The notes beneath the pieces are model-generated. The model saw only the letters and a list, made by a program, of their open reading frames with translations. It did no database searches and was not told where the DNA came from. A stretch of 64,000 nt of DNA from contig CAVYJM010000006.1 of assembly GCA_963768855.1 (NCBI GenBank), positions 256,001-320,000 of the forward strand, read 5' to 3'. The position numbers and the translations under genes were made by a program. Position 1 is the stretch's first letter. Each line of letters starts with the position of its first letter. The stretch is from an uncultured Thermoplasmata archaeon. GTDB lineage: Archaea > Thermoplasmatota > Thermoplasmata > RBG-16-68-12. This document shows, piece after piece, positions 9,526-18,713 of this stretch.

Positions 9526-10283
9526 GGCCTCCACCGCTCCAGGATCCCGAGGAGTTCACGGTGTTCATGGATCGCCGCATCCGGGGGGACGGCCTCGAGG
9601 GCCGATGGATCGTGGACCGCGTGTTCCGACTCGTGGCCGACGTCGAACCAGACCGCCCGCATGCCGATCCCCTTGGAACCCCCCACGTCCGCGACGAGGT
9701 CGTCTCCGACGTGGACGACCTCGTCCGGCCGGAGGCCCAGGTGGGAGAGGGCTTGCTCGAAGATGGCGGGCTCGGGCTTGCGGATGCCGACCTCGTCCGA
9801 GAAGACCCGATCGTCGAAGAACTTCCCGATGCCCAGGTCGTCCTGGATCGGCCTCAGGAAGCGACCCCAGGTGCGGCCCGTGTTCGAGATGAGGCCGATG
9901 CGGTAGCCACTGCGCTGGAGGGCGGCCAGCGTCGCGCCGATGTGGGGGTACAGGATCGGAAGCTTCGAGCGGATTGCATCCCCGAAGGATGCCGCGAGCG
10001 CGTCGAGCAGGTCCGCGTCCGTCGCGTCGAGGTCCGCGAACTCGAGGAACGCCCGGAGCTGTTCCTCCCCGCTCAGGTCGACGTGCTCCTTCCACTTCTC
10101 GATCAGGAGCTCCGTGTGCCGGTCGTACGCCGCGTAGAGGGTCTCGGGCTCCACGACGAGGCCGCGGTCGGAGAAGGCCTCCCGGATCCGCTCGACGCGG
10201 ATCTTGCGCATGCGGGCGTCGTAGTCAGGCCACGGCGTCTCGGCGATCGTGTGCCACCAGTCGAACGTCACGCCCTTGATCAT
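9522..10283 (-). CDS. HAD-superfamily hydrolase
   Basis: VTFDWWHT motif I, LISNT, RKPEPAIF, HVGDDLVADV. Confidence 0.9.
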   Translation of the reverse strand: MIKGVTFDWWHTIAETPWPDYDARMRKIRVERIREAFSDRGLVVEPETLYAAYDRHTELLIEKWKEHVDLSGEEQLRAFLEFADLDATDADLLDALAASFGDAIRSKLPILYPHIGATLAALQRSGYRIGLISNTGRTWGRFLRPIQDDLGIGKFFDDRVFSDEVGIRKPEPAIFEQALSHLGLRPDEVVHVGDDLVADVGGSKGIGMRAVWFDVGHESEHAVHDPSALEAVPPDAAIHEHRELLGILERWRP

Positions 10284-10290
10284 GGAACCC

Positions 10291-10695
10291 CTATACGTCG
10301 AAGATGACCTCGGCCACGCCCTTCTCCAAATCCACGGACAGACGGTGGTAGGTGACCGCCTTCACGGCGAGCTTGAGCTCGTGCCGTTGCTTGTCGATCG
10401 CCTCGCCGCGCGCCTTCGCCTCCAAGGTCGTGCCCCGCACGCGGACCTCGAACGCGGAGAACAGGAGGTTCTGCGTCTCGTGGAGGAACAAGAGCTCGGA
10501 GAGCCACGCGACGAGGAGATTCGGGAGGTCCTCGGCCGTCAGGCGAATCTCCTCCTCGCCGACGGGCTTCACGCCGCGCAGATCCGTGATGAGGGAGAAC
10601 ATCCCTGTGGCCGCGCTTTCGAAGATCTCGGACGCCGTCGCGCCGTAGGCCCGGAGGCCCACGTCCGCCGTGTGGTCGATCTCCTCGAAGCGCAC
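10291..10695 (-). CDS. Archease (RtcB cofactor)
   Basis: FEEIDHTADVG...VKAVTYH...VIFDV signature. Confidence 0.95.
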   Translation of the reverse strand: MRFEEIDHTADVGLRAYGATASEIFESAATGMFSLITDLRGVKPVGEEEIRLTAEDLPNLLVAWLSELLFLHETQNLLFSAFEVRVRGTTLEAKARGEAIDKQRHELKLAVKAVTYHRLSVDLEKGVAEVIFDV

Positions 10696-10745
10696 GGGCT
10701 AGCCAAAGGGCCCCGCGATATGAACTATTCCTCCGGCGGCGGGTC

Positions 10746-11498
10746 TCAAATCCCGCGTTCCTTCCCGGGCCAGAGCACCTTGTGGAGCTGGAGTTGGAGT
10801 CGCACCGGGAGACGGTCCTTCAGGATCCAGTCCGCCAGCTGGCACGAGTCGAGTCCCTTGGCGACGTGGTGCGCAGGATTCGCGGGAGAGAAGAGGATCG
10901 TGCCCGCTTTCGTGGGATGCTCCCGGATCACGCCCTTCGCGAAGTCGTAGTCTGCCCGGTCCAGGAGGACGAACTTGACCTCGTCGTGCTCGCGGAGCCG
11001 CGGCAGGTTCTCGAAGGCCTTCGTCGCGACCATCCCCGAGCCCGGACACTTCACGTCCATGATGTACCGCACGCGGCCCGTGTCGCGCGCCCTCGCGGTG
11101 AGGCGGTCGAACGATCTCAGGTCGATCTCCCCGTCCGTCTCGATTGAATGGATGAACGTGTCCGGGAGTTGTTCGACCGCGTGCGCGATCGGCTCACCCT
11201 GGAGCAGCGGCTCCCCGCCCGTCCAGCAGATGTTCCGGACGCCCTCGAGGGGTCCGTCGGACGGGCCCGCGATGTCCGCGATCCGGCGCACGACGTCGTC
11301 CACGGCCGCGCGGGTGAACTCGCCGCCCTCGACCGCGTGCATCGAGTCGCACCACATGCACCGGAGGTTGCAGGAGTACAGGCGCACGAAGACGGTCGGC
11401 AGGCCGACCATCGAGCTCTCGCCCTGCACGGTCAGGTACAGCTCGCTCAGGAGGAATTCCTTCTCCCGGGCCGTGGTGAGGAGCGCCGTGTCCTCCAT
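10746..11498 (-). CDS. queE: 7-carboxy-7-deazaguanine synthase (radical SAM)
   Basis: 3' part of track ORF 10746-12572: TVQGESSMVGLPTVFVRLYSCNLRCMWCD (CxxxCxxC), TGGEPLLQ, DVKCPGSG, LQLQLHKVLW. Start at ATG 11498. Confidence 0.92.
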   Translation of the reverse strand: MEDTALLTTAREKEFLLSELYLTVQGESSMVGLPTVFVRLYSCNLRCMWCDSMHAVEGGEFTRAAVDDVVRRIADIAGPSDGPLEGVRNICWTGGEPLLQGEPIAHAVEQLPDTFIHSIETDGEIDLRSFDRLTARARDTGRVRYIMDVKCPGSGMVATKAFENLPRLREHDEVKFVLLDRADYDFAKGVIREHPTKAGTILFSPANPAHHVAKGLDSCQLADWILKDRLPVRLQLQLHKVLWPGKERGI

Positions 11499-11524
11499 CT
11501 TCGAACCGATGGAGGGCCGCCGTA

Positions 11525-12247
11525 TTAAGCGTTTGTCGGCGGCCCGGTCTGTGCCTTCCTCCGCGGTCTCACGTACTCGAGAGGATCCTTGACGCCCGCC
11601 TCGCGGAACCCCTTGAGCCGCAGCTGGCACGAGTCGCAGACGCCGCACGCCTTCTCGCCGCCCTGGTAGCAGGACCAGGTGAGGGCCCACGGGACGCGCA
11701 GCTCCTCCCCCTTGCGGACGATGTCCGCCTTCGACATCGAGATGAGCGGCGTGCGGATCTCGATCACGTCGCCTTCGACGCCCCGCTTCGTCCCGAGGCG
11801 GGCGACCTCCTGGAACGCCTGGTAGAACTCGGGGCGGCAATCCGGGTAGCCGGAATAGTCCAGCGCGTTGGCCGCGATGTAGATCGCCTTCGCGCCCGTC
11901 GCCTCCGCGAGTCCGAGCGCGTAGCTCAGGAGGATCGTGTTCCTCGCGGGCACGTAGGTCACCGGGATGCCCTGCCCGATCTCCTCGAGGCGCCTCTGTT
12001 CGGGCACGCGGAGGTTCCGGTCCGTGAGGGCCGAGCCGCCGATGGCCGTGAGGTCCAGGGTGACGATCCGGTGGTCCTTGACGCCGAAGTGTGCGGCGAT
12101 CCGCCGTGCGGCCTCCAGCTCCTTCCGATGCCGCTGCCCGTAGTCGACGCTGAGCGCGGTGACCTCGAACCCTTCCTGGAGGGCGATCGCCAGGGCCGTG
12201 GCCGAGTCCATGCCGCCGCTGAGGAGGACGATCGCCCGGAGGGCCAT
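11525..12247 (-). CDS. queC: 7-cyano-7-deazaguanine synthase
   Basis: [44 protein letters not shown]. Confidence 0.96.
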   Translation of the reverse strand: MALRAIVLLSGGMDSATALAIALQEGFEVTALSVDYGQRHRKELEAARRIAAHFGVKDHRIVTLDLTAIGGSALTDRNLRVPEQRRLEEIGQGIPVTYVPARNTILLSYALGLAEATGAKAIYIAANALDYSGYPDCRPEFYQAFQEVARLGTKRGVEGDVIEIRTPLISMSKADIVRKGEELRVPWALTWSCYQGGEKACGVCDSCQLRLKGFREAGVKDPLEYVRPRRKAQTGPPTNA

Positions 12248-12292
12248 GGGCCGAGGATACGCGAAGCAGGTAAAGGGGGTTTCGGGAGACGG

Positions 12293-13363
12293 TCAGCGGG
12301 TCTTGCGGAGCCGCGGGCCGAGGCGACGGAGGTAGCCGTTCAGCATCCGCCGGGTCGCGTCGTCCCAGCGGTCGGCCCCGTGCGCGTCCCGGGCCGCGGT
12401 CTCGATCAGGTCCACCGCCGTTGCCAGGTCCCGGACCGAGACGATCTCCGGCTGAAGGTGGTTCCGCGGTCCCTGGTTGTGGTAGTTGCCGAGCGGGATG
12501 GCCACCCCCGTGGCCCGCCACCCGAAGAGGCCCCAGGGCGTCGCCTCGCACGTGCCTCCGGACATGAGCCACCGCTGGACCGGCTTGGACTTGGGGAGCT
12601 TCGAACGCGCCGCGAGCAGCAGGCTCTCCGCGAACGGATCGAATGTCTTCCGTCGATCGCCGACGCGGATGACCGGGCCCCCGCCGATCTCGACGCCCGG
12701 GATCGCCTTACTGGCCTCCACGTTGATGATGACCGCCGACTTCGGGATGACCTCGTCCTCGATGGCGGTCAGGGTCCCGACGAACCCCTCCTCCTCGGCC
12801 CGCGTGAGGAGGGCGTGGAGATTCAGCCGCCGGTTCCGGCACGCCCGCTCCATGGCCGCGATGGACACGGAGCTGCCCGCGAGGTCGTCGAGCTGCCTCG
12901 CGTGGACGAGACCTCCTCGGATCGCGAAGTCCTCGAGCTCGAAGACACCCATGTCCCCTCGCTGCAGGCGGTCGACCTCGGGGGACGCCGCGAGACGGAA
13001 GCGGTAGGTCCGACCGGAGTAGCTCTGCACCCTTGCCGGGACCGGCTCCCCCTCATGATAGAAGCGCAGACGGGTCCCCCGCCGGAAGTAGGCAGGAGCG
13101 AGCCCGCCGAGGAGGACCGCCTCCCGCTTCCCGCTCATCTCGACCCCGGGGTGATCCATGTGGGCGACGAGCCAGACCGGCCGGCCCGCCCGTCGCTGCG
13201 GCGGTGAGAGGACGAGGTTCCCCGACGCATCCCGGCGGACGCGCGCACCGAACCCCCTCGCGATCGCAACCGCCTCGGCAGCTACCTCCTCTTCATGGAA
13301 GGAGGTCGTGGGCTTGCGGGCGAGACGCTCGAGGATCCGTACGACGGGAGGGCGGACGGCCAT
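12293..13363 (-). CDS. M20/M28/M42-type metallopeptidase
   Basis: VAHMDH, LDDLAG, AEEEG, GGTCEA, NYHN metal-ligand motifs. Confidence 0.75.
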   Translation of the reverse strand: MAVRPPVVRILERLARKPTTSFHEEEVAAEAVAIARGFGARVRRDASGNLVLSPPQRRAGRPVWLVAHMDHPGVEMSGKREAVLLGGLAPAYFRRGTRLRFYHEGEPVPARVQSYSGRTYRFRLAASPEVDRLQRGDMGVFELEDFAIRGGLVHARQLDDLAGSSVSIAAMERACRNRRLNLHALLTRAEEEGFVGTLTAIEDEVIPKSAVIINVEASKAIPGVEIGGGPVIRVGDRRKTFDPFAESLLLAARSKLPKSKPVQRWLMSGGTCEATPWGLFGWRATGVAIPLGNYHNQGPRNHLQPEIVSVRDLATAVDLIETAARDAHGADRWDDATRRMLNGYLRRLGPRLRKTR

Positions 13364-13450
13364 GCGATCGGGATGGCGGGTGCCGCTAAACGGTTTGCTG
13401 TCCTCCGGAGGACGCGTATGGTCAAATAACTATAACACGATCCGCGTCGC

Positions 13451-13690
13451 ATGCAGATCGGATGCGGCGCGTACGAGCACGCCGTCCACGGTCGCCGCTA
13501 CCTGTACGTCTGGCATTACGAGACCACGGGTGGCCGGCGACGGCAGGTCAAGGAGTATCTGGGACCCGCTGAGAACGAGGATGTGCGGGCCGAGGCGGTC
13601 CGCCGCGTGGATGCGTACTTCCGGAGGGCAGCCCGCGAGTTGCAGACCCTGCGCAAGGGCGCGCTCGCCGCGATCGCCCGAGGACGCTAG
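13451..13690 (+). CDS. Small hypothetical protein (79 aa)
   Basis: Protein-like composition (RYLYVWHYE...KEYLGP followed by an amphipathic helix); AT-rich AAATAACTATAAC just upstream; fills the gap between two real genes. Confidence 0.65.
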   Translation: MQIGCGAYEHAVHGRRYLYVWHYETTGGRRRQVKEYLGPAENEDVRAEAVRRVDAYFRRAARELQTLRKGALAAIARGR

Positions 13691-13721
13691 GCCGCGGGTC
13701 TGCGATTTGGCGCGCCGCGGA

Positions 13722-13745
13722 AGTCAACCTTAAACAAGGTTGACT
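13722..13745. repeat. Perfect AT-rich inverted repeat
   Basis: AGTCAACCTT-AAAC-AAGGTTGACT, 10-bp arms, between convergent genes. Confidence 0.9.
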
Positions 13746-13780
13746 CACCACATTGGAGCAAGGTGCGCGCGACGGCGTCC

Positions 13781-14755
13781 TCAGTGCGCGCGGATCTCGT
13801 CGAACGCGTAGTCCTCCCACTTGCGCTCCCCCAGGACGGTCTCGAACTCCTGAGGTGTCAGGAGGGGCTTCTTGTATTGCAGCACATCCTCGATCGCGAT
13901 GCGCGGGCAGGCGGTGTTCACCCACGCATCCACCCGGTATCCCTCGAGGAAATCCGGCGAGACCAGGTCCATGACGAAGATGTTCGCCAGCCTGCCATGC
14001 TTCTCGGCGAGGGCCTTCAGGTCCCGCGCCATCTCCATGCGAGTCTGGCCGATCTTCTTCGAGACGATGATGCCGAACGTCTTCGCGTCCTGCGCCCGCG
14101 CGATCGCCGCATAACGCTGACGGAGGATGCGGTCCTTGAGGTCCGCGAGGCTCCGGGCGCTCCCCCGCTCGGGGTCCGCGATGACGATCGGCTTGTCCGT
14201 CAGGAACGCCACGCCGAGCGGATGGAACTCGCCCGTGCCGATGTAGAGGTAGCCGTCCACGTCCTGCATGACGACCTCGGCCGTGTGGTAGTCGCACCCG
14301 AGGAGCTGCCCCGCGTACGCGACCCGCTTGTCCGGCTCGCCGATGCGGACCTCGTGCCCCGCCTTCTCCAGGTGTTCCTTGATCGCGGGAAGCCAGGCGC
14401 GGAACTGGGTCGTCGTCAGGAGGCCGATGCGCTTCGGGAGCATGGGCTCCGCCGCGTCCACGAACGTGAAGCCCGACAGCGCCGGACCCGGGAGGTCGTA
14501 GAAGAACACCCGGTTGTACCGCAGGTGCGGCATCGGCGCGTGGCCGAGGTGGACGATGAGGTCCACGGGCATCTCCGCGATATCGCAGGCGCCGAACGAG
14601 GGGTCCGCGGACACGAGGCACGTGACGCCCGCCTTGGACTCGATCTCCTGAGCGAGTTCGACGGCCTTCGTCCGCAGGCCTACGGGGAACTGGAGGCCGA
14701 CCGTCTTCGCGTTGCGGCCCCGGATGACCTCGAGGAGGCGTTCCGTCTCGCTCAT
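13781..14755 (-). CDS. dph2: Diphthamide biosynthesis enzyme Dph2
   Basis: GLQFP.GL, FGACD, HLGH, GQLLGC, IVSKKIGQ, VNTACPRIAIED. Confidence 0.93.
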   Translation of the reverse strand: MSETERLLEVIRGRNAKTVGLQFPVGLRTKAVELAQEIESKAGVTCLVSADPSFGACDIAEMPVDLIVHLGHAPMPHLRYNRVFFYDLPGPALSGFTFVDAAEPMLPKRIGLLTTTQFRAWLPAIKEHLEKAGHEVRIGEPDKRVAYAGQLLGCDYHTAEVVMQDVDGYLYIGTGEFHPLGVAFLTDKPIVIADPERGSARSLADLKDRILRQRYAAIARAQDAKTFGIIVSKKIGQTRMEMARDLKALAEKHGRLANIFVMDLVSPDFLEGYRVDAWVNTACPRIAIEDVLQYKKPLLTPQEFETVLGERKWEDYAFDEIRAH

Positions 14756-14808
14756 AGGCATGGAGCAAGGCTCGACGTGAGAGAAAAACCTGTGCGTGCG
14801 CGGGCCGG

Positions 14809-15321
14809 CTACTTCTTCGGCTTGTCGCGCTCGACGACGATTCGCCAGGGCGTCGGCAGCTTCACGCCGCCCTTGCGGAGCGCGATCTTCGCGTCCGCCA
14901 CGTGCTCCTCCGTCGTCTCCAGGGTGAAGATCTTCGTGCCCGGGTGAACCCGCGCCGCCGTCCCGACGGGTTGCCCGAATGCGGCCCGCATGCCTTCCGA
15001 GATACGGTCCGCTCCGGCGCCCGTGGCGATCTTGTTCTCCCGCAGCACGTTGTGCGGGTAGACGCGGAGCTTGAGGTGGTAGGAGTTTCCCGCCTTCTTC
15101 GCGATGTAGCGGTTCAGGGAGACACGCGCGGCCTCGAGGGCGATGTGCCGGATCTGGCACTGCTCCTCCGCGACGAGGTGGAGCCGGACCGGGAAGTGCG
15201 CGCGGAGGTCGCCGATGTCGAACTGGCTGATCCGGCTGGTGGGCACGCCACCGATGTACTTCCGCTGGCTGTACGCCTGGCCGCGGATCTCTCGGTACAT
15301 GCTCCCGGGCTTGCGCGTCAT
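14809..15321 (-). CDS. rpl10e: 50S ribosomal protein uL16 (L10e)
   Basis: RKPGSMYR..Y.GGVP, ALEAARVS, LRVYPHNVLRENK.ATGAGADRISEGMR.AFG.P.GTAARV. Confidence 0.96.
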   Translation of the reverse strand: MTRKPGSMYREIRGQAYSQRKYIGGVPTSRISQFDIGDLRAHFPVRLHLVAEEQCQIRHIALEAARVSLNRYIAKKAGNSYHLKLRVYPHNVLRENKIATGAGADRISEGMRAAFGQPVGTAARVHPGTKIFTLETTEEHVADAKIALRKGGVKLPTPWRIVVERDKPKK

Positions 15322-15359
15322 GACAGGAAGCGCACGAAAGATGGGGCCGTATATAACCC

Positions 15360-15638
15360 TTAGGGAGCCGGTCTCCGAGCTCGACGCAACTTGACCGCGC
15401 CCGCACCGGTTCCTCGGCCCCGGGTCCGCTCTCTCAACCAGAGGAGGCGCGCGTACAGCGTGGTGATGGCGAGGATGAGCGTGACGGCGACGAGGACCGC
15501 GGTCCCGATTCCCAAGCCCGCGGTCGCGAGGGCGAACACGGTGGCGCCTGCGGACACGCACGTGACGGCGAGGGAGAGGCCAAAGTCGGTCTCCCGCGAC
15601 GTGTCAAGCAAGAGGAGCCAGGCCATCGGGAGAGCCAT
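15360..15638 (-). CDS. Small hypothetical membrane protein
   Basis: Two hydrophobic segments and an Arg-rich tail; fills the gap between rpl10e and ipk. Confidence 0.5.
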   Translation of the reverse strand: MALPMAWLLLLDTSRETDFGLSLAVTCVSAGATVFALATAGLGIGTAVLVAVTLILAITTLYARLLWLRERTRGRGTGAGAVKLRRARRPAP

Positions 15639-15723
15639 GCTGGTTTCATCGAATTAAGGTTGTCGGGGAAGACCGCGGGAGTGGGAAAACGTTAAGTGAG
15701 CGGGCTCAGGTGGCCGCAGGACC

Positions 15724-16500
15724 ATGCTCCTCGTGAAGCTGGGCGGAAGCGTCCTCACGGACAAGGCCCGCCTCCGCACGCCGCGGAAGGCCGCGATCGC
15801 GCGGCTCACGAAGGAGCTCGCGGGCCTCGGGGACGACGTCGTCGTCGTCCACGGGGCCGGGTCCTTCGGGCACGTCCTCGCCCGCCGATATCGCCTGAAC
15901 GGCCCCGCCTCGCCGGTGAAGGCGAAGGGCGCCGCGGTCGTCCAGCGCGATGTGCGCGCACTCGACGCCCTCGTCGTCGACGGCCTCCTCAAAGCGGGCC
16001 TCGCGCCCGTCGTGTTGCCGCCATCCGCGGTCCTGGGTCTCGACGATGGACGGGTGGCTTCGTTCGACCTCGGTCCTTTCAAGGACTACCTGCGGCACGG
16101 CTTCACGCCCGTCACGTTTGGCGACGTGGTCCGCGACCGGACACGCGGCGTCGCGGTCTGCTCCGGGGATGTCCTCATGCTCGAGCTCGCGAAGGCCTTC
16201 CATCCGCGGTGCGCCGTCTTCGCCGCGGACGTGGACGGCCTCTTCACGGCCGATCCGAAGCGAGTCAAGGGGGCGCGGCTCCTGCTCTCCGTGTCGAAGG
16301 CCGATCTGCCCCTCGTCGAGTTCGCTCCGGCGAAGGGCCCCGACGTCACGGGCGGGATCGAGGCGAAGGTCCACCGGATGCTCGAGATCGCGGCCCACGC
16401 GGACGAGACGATCATCGTGAACGGTAACGTCAAGAACCGGGTCCGGGATGCCCTCCGCGGCCGGATCGTCATCGGCACGCGCGTGGTCGGGGGCCCCTGA
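15724..16500 (+). CDS. ipk: Isopentenyl phosphate kinase (amino-acid kinase family)
   Basis: LVKLGGSVLTDK, VHGAGSFGH (IPK signature His), FGDVV, SGD, DVTGG; adjacent to idi. Confidence 0.9.
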   Translation: MLLVKLGGSVLTDKARLRTPRKAAIARLTKELAGLGDDVVVVHGAGSFGHVLARRYRLNGPASPVKAKGAAVVQRDVRALDALVVDGLLKAGLAPVVLPPSAVLGLDDGRVASFDLGPFKDYLRHGFTPVTFGDVVRDRTRGVAVCSGDVLMLELAKAFHPRCAVFAADVDGLFTADPKRVKGARLLLSVSKADLPLVEFAPAKGPDVTGGIEAKVHRMLEIAAHADETIIVNGNVKNRVRDALRGRIVIGTRVVGGP

Positions 16501-16501
16501 G

Positions 16502-17590
16502 ATGGCAGAGCCGTCCAAGACGGAGCAGCGCAAGGCGGAGCACGTGAACATCATCCTGAACGAGGACGTGTCCGCAGGGTACGACTACTGGGGCGACGTC
16601 CATCTTCTCCACCACGCCCTGCCGGAGATCGACCTCGACGACATCGACCTCTCGGTCACGTTCTTCGGAAAGAAGCTCGAAGCCCCGCTCGTCATCTCGT
16701 CCATGACGGGCGGCTTCGGCATGGGCGGGGAAATCAACGCCAACCTAGCGAAGGCCGCGGCCGAGGTCGGCGTCGCGATGGGCGTCGGCTCCCAGCGAGC
16801 CGCGATCGAGAAGCCCGAGCTCGAGCCGACGTACGCGGTCGTCAAGGACCACGCCGTGCCGCTCCTCTTCGCGAACCTGGGCGCGCCCCAGCTCATCCCC
16901 CAGGCCGGGAAGCGCGCCTACGGGGTCGCGGACGCGAAGAAGGCGATGGACATGATCGGCGCGGACGCCCTGATCGTCCATCTCAACTTCCTCCAGGAGG
17001 TCGTGCAGCCCGAGGGGGACCGCCGCGCGAAGGGGTGCCTCGCCGCGATCAAGACCCTCGCGGCCCGCTTCCCTGTCATGGCGAAGGAGACCGGCGCGGG
17101 TGTTTCCGGCGAGGTGGCGGCGTCCCTCAAGACCGTCGGGGTGAAGGCGATCGACGTCGGCGGGCTGGGCGGGACGTCCTTCTCCGCCGTGGAGCACTAC
17201 CGCGCCCGGAAGGAGGCCTCCTCCCTGAAGGAGCGCCTGGGCGCCACGTTCTGGGACTGGGGCATCCCGACGCCTGCGTCGATCATCCTCGCCGACGTCG
17301 GGCTCCCGCTCGTCGCCACGGGCGGCGTGCGGAGCGGGCTCGACGCGGCGAAGGGCATCGCCCTGGGCGCCACGGCCGCGGGGATGGCGAAGCCCATGCT
17401 CGAGGCCGCCAAGGTCTCGGCGGACGCCGTCGCCGCGGAGCTCCGCTCCGTCATCGAGGAACTGAAGGCCGCGATGTTCCTGACCGGCGCCTCCTCGATC
17501 GCGGAGCTCCAAGACCGGCAGGTGATTATCGACCCCCCGACCGCCACGTGGATCGAGCTCGGGGAAGCGTTGGACGAGGAAGACACGTGA
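16502..17590 (+). CDS. fni: Type 2 (FMN) isopentenyl-diphosphate isomerase
   Basis: RKAEH, SSMTGG, GVGSQRAA, NLGAPQL, HLNFLQE..QPEGD, KETGAG, DVGGLGGTS, WGIPT, GGVRSG. Confidence 0.95.
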   Translation: MAEPSKTEQRKAEHVNIILNEDVSAGYDYWGDVHLLHHALPEIDLDDIDLSVTFFGKKLEAPLVISSMTGGFGMGGEINANLAKAAAEVGVAMGVGSQRAAIEKPELEPTYAVVKDHAVPLLFANLGAPQLIPQAGKRAYGVADAKKAMDMIGADALIVHLNFLQEVVQPEGDRRAKGCLAAIKTLAARFPVMAKETGAGVSGEVAASLKTVGVKAIDVGGLGGTSFSAVEHYRARKEASSLKERLGATFWDWGIPTPASIILADVGLPLVATGGVRSGLDAAKGIALGATAAGMAKPMLEAAKVSADAVAAELRSVIEELKAAMFLTGASSIAELQDRQVIIDPPTATWIELGEALDEEDT

Positions 17591-17594
17591 TCGG

Positions 17595-18713
17595 ATGACC
17601 AGTACCCCTGGCTCGGAGGTCGAGCGGCTCGAGCGCCTCCTCAAGCCCTACCGGGACGCGTCGAACGCGAACATCCAGACAATGTGGGAGGAGTACCTCG
17701 CCGGCCACGCGGTCGGCCCGTACCCGTCGACGAAGACGATGTCCCGCAACGCCCGCCTCTTCCTCGCGGGCAAGCGCTACCGCTATGCGCTCGCGCTCGC
17801 CGGGTACCGCCTGCTGACGGGGCAGGCACCCTCCGTCGCCCTGGAGCGAGCGGCCTGTTGGCTCGAGTGGTACCACCTGTACACCCTGTTCCTCGACGAC
17901 ATCATGGACGAGGACGAGCGCCGCCGCACCCTTCCGAGTGCGTGGTCCTCGAACGGCGCGCTCTACCGCCGCGCGGACGCGGACCGCCCCGCGGTCGTCT
18001 TCCGAACCCGCCGCCACCGCTACGGCGCATCCCAGGCCATCCTGGATGCGCTGCGAATCCGCTCCTTGGCCGAGCGGGCGATCGAGAGCGCGAAGGAATT
18101 GGATCCAGGCGTGCGCCTTGGCCTCCTGACCGAGCTCACGGAGGTCGACCTCGTCCTGAGCGACGGGCAATCCCTCGACATCGACTTCGAAGGTCTGCGG
18201 CGGATCCCCGAGGAAGACTACGTGCGGATGAGCGAGGCGAAGACGGCGCGGCTGTACCTCGGCGCCGCCGCGACGGCGGCGATCAGCGCGGGGGCGCCTG
18301 TCGAGGTGCGCGAGACGTTCCAGGAGTACGCGCTCTTGTTCTCCGTCGCCTTCCAGGATCGCGACGACCTCCTCGGCGCGGGCGTCGTTCGCTCGGAGAT
18401 CGGCGGCTCCTCGGAGGGGGACATCCGGCAGGGGAAACGCACGCGGATCTACGTGCTGGCCACCGAGGTGCTGAAGGGGCGGGACCGGGCCGCGTTCCTC
18501 CGATCCTACGGCCGCGGACCGCGGACGACGAAGAAGGACTTGGAGATCGTCCGCGGCCTGCTCGCGCGTCACGTCCTGCCGCTGATGGAGGCGCGGATCG
18601 AGAAGAACCTCGCCTTGGCCCGCAAGGCCCTCGACCGTTTGCCGAACCAGGATCCGGAGGCGCGTGGGCTCCTCGAAGCCCTCCTCGACGCGCAACGTTC
18701 CCGGGTCCGCTAG
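17595..18713 (+). CDS. Divergent trans-polyprenyl diphosphate synthase (probably GGPP synthase)
   Basis: GKRYR, FARM DDIMDEDERRR, DGQSLD, KTA, SARM-like FQDRDDLLG, DIRQGKRT; in an operon with ipk-fni. Confidence 0.8.
   Translation: MTSTPGSEVERLERLLKPYRDASNANIQTMWEEYLAGHAVGPYPSTKTMSRNARLFLAGKRYRYALALAGYRLLTGQAPSVALERAACWLEWYHLYTLFLDDIMDEDERRRTLPSAWSSNGALYRRADADRPAVVFRTRRHRYGASQAILDALRIRSLAERAIESAKELDPGVRLGLLTELTEVDLVLSDGQSLDIDFEGLRRIPEEDYVRMSEAKTARLYLGAAATAAISAGAPVEVRETFQEYALLFSVAFQDRDDLLGAGVVRSEIGGSSEGDIRQGKRTRIYVLATEVLKGRDRAAFLRSYGRGPRTTKKDLEIVRGLLARHVLPLMEARIEKNLALARKALDRLPNQDPEARGLLEALLDAQRSRVR

Noticed and set aside
10746-12572. 608-aa ORF as a fusion protein
   Set aside because: Only the last 250 aa are QueE; the rest is an off-frame read-through of queC.
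13781-15406. 541-aa extended Dph2
   Set aside because: The extension overlaps rpl10e out of frame; the real start is near 14755.
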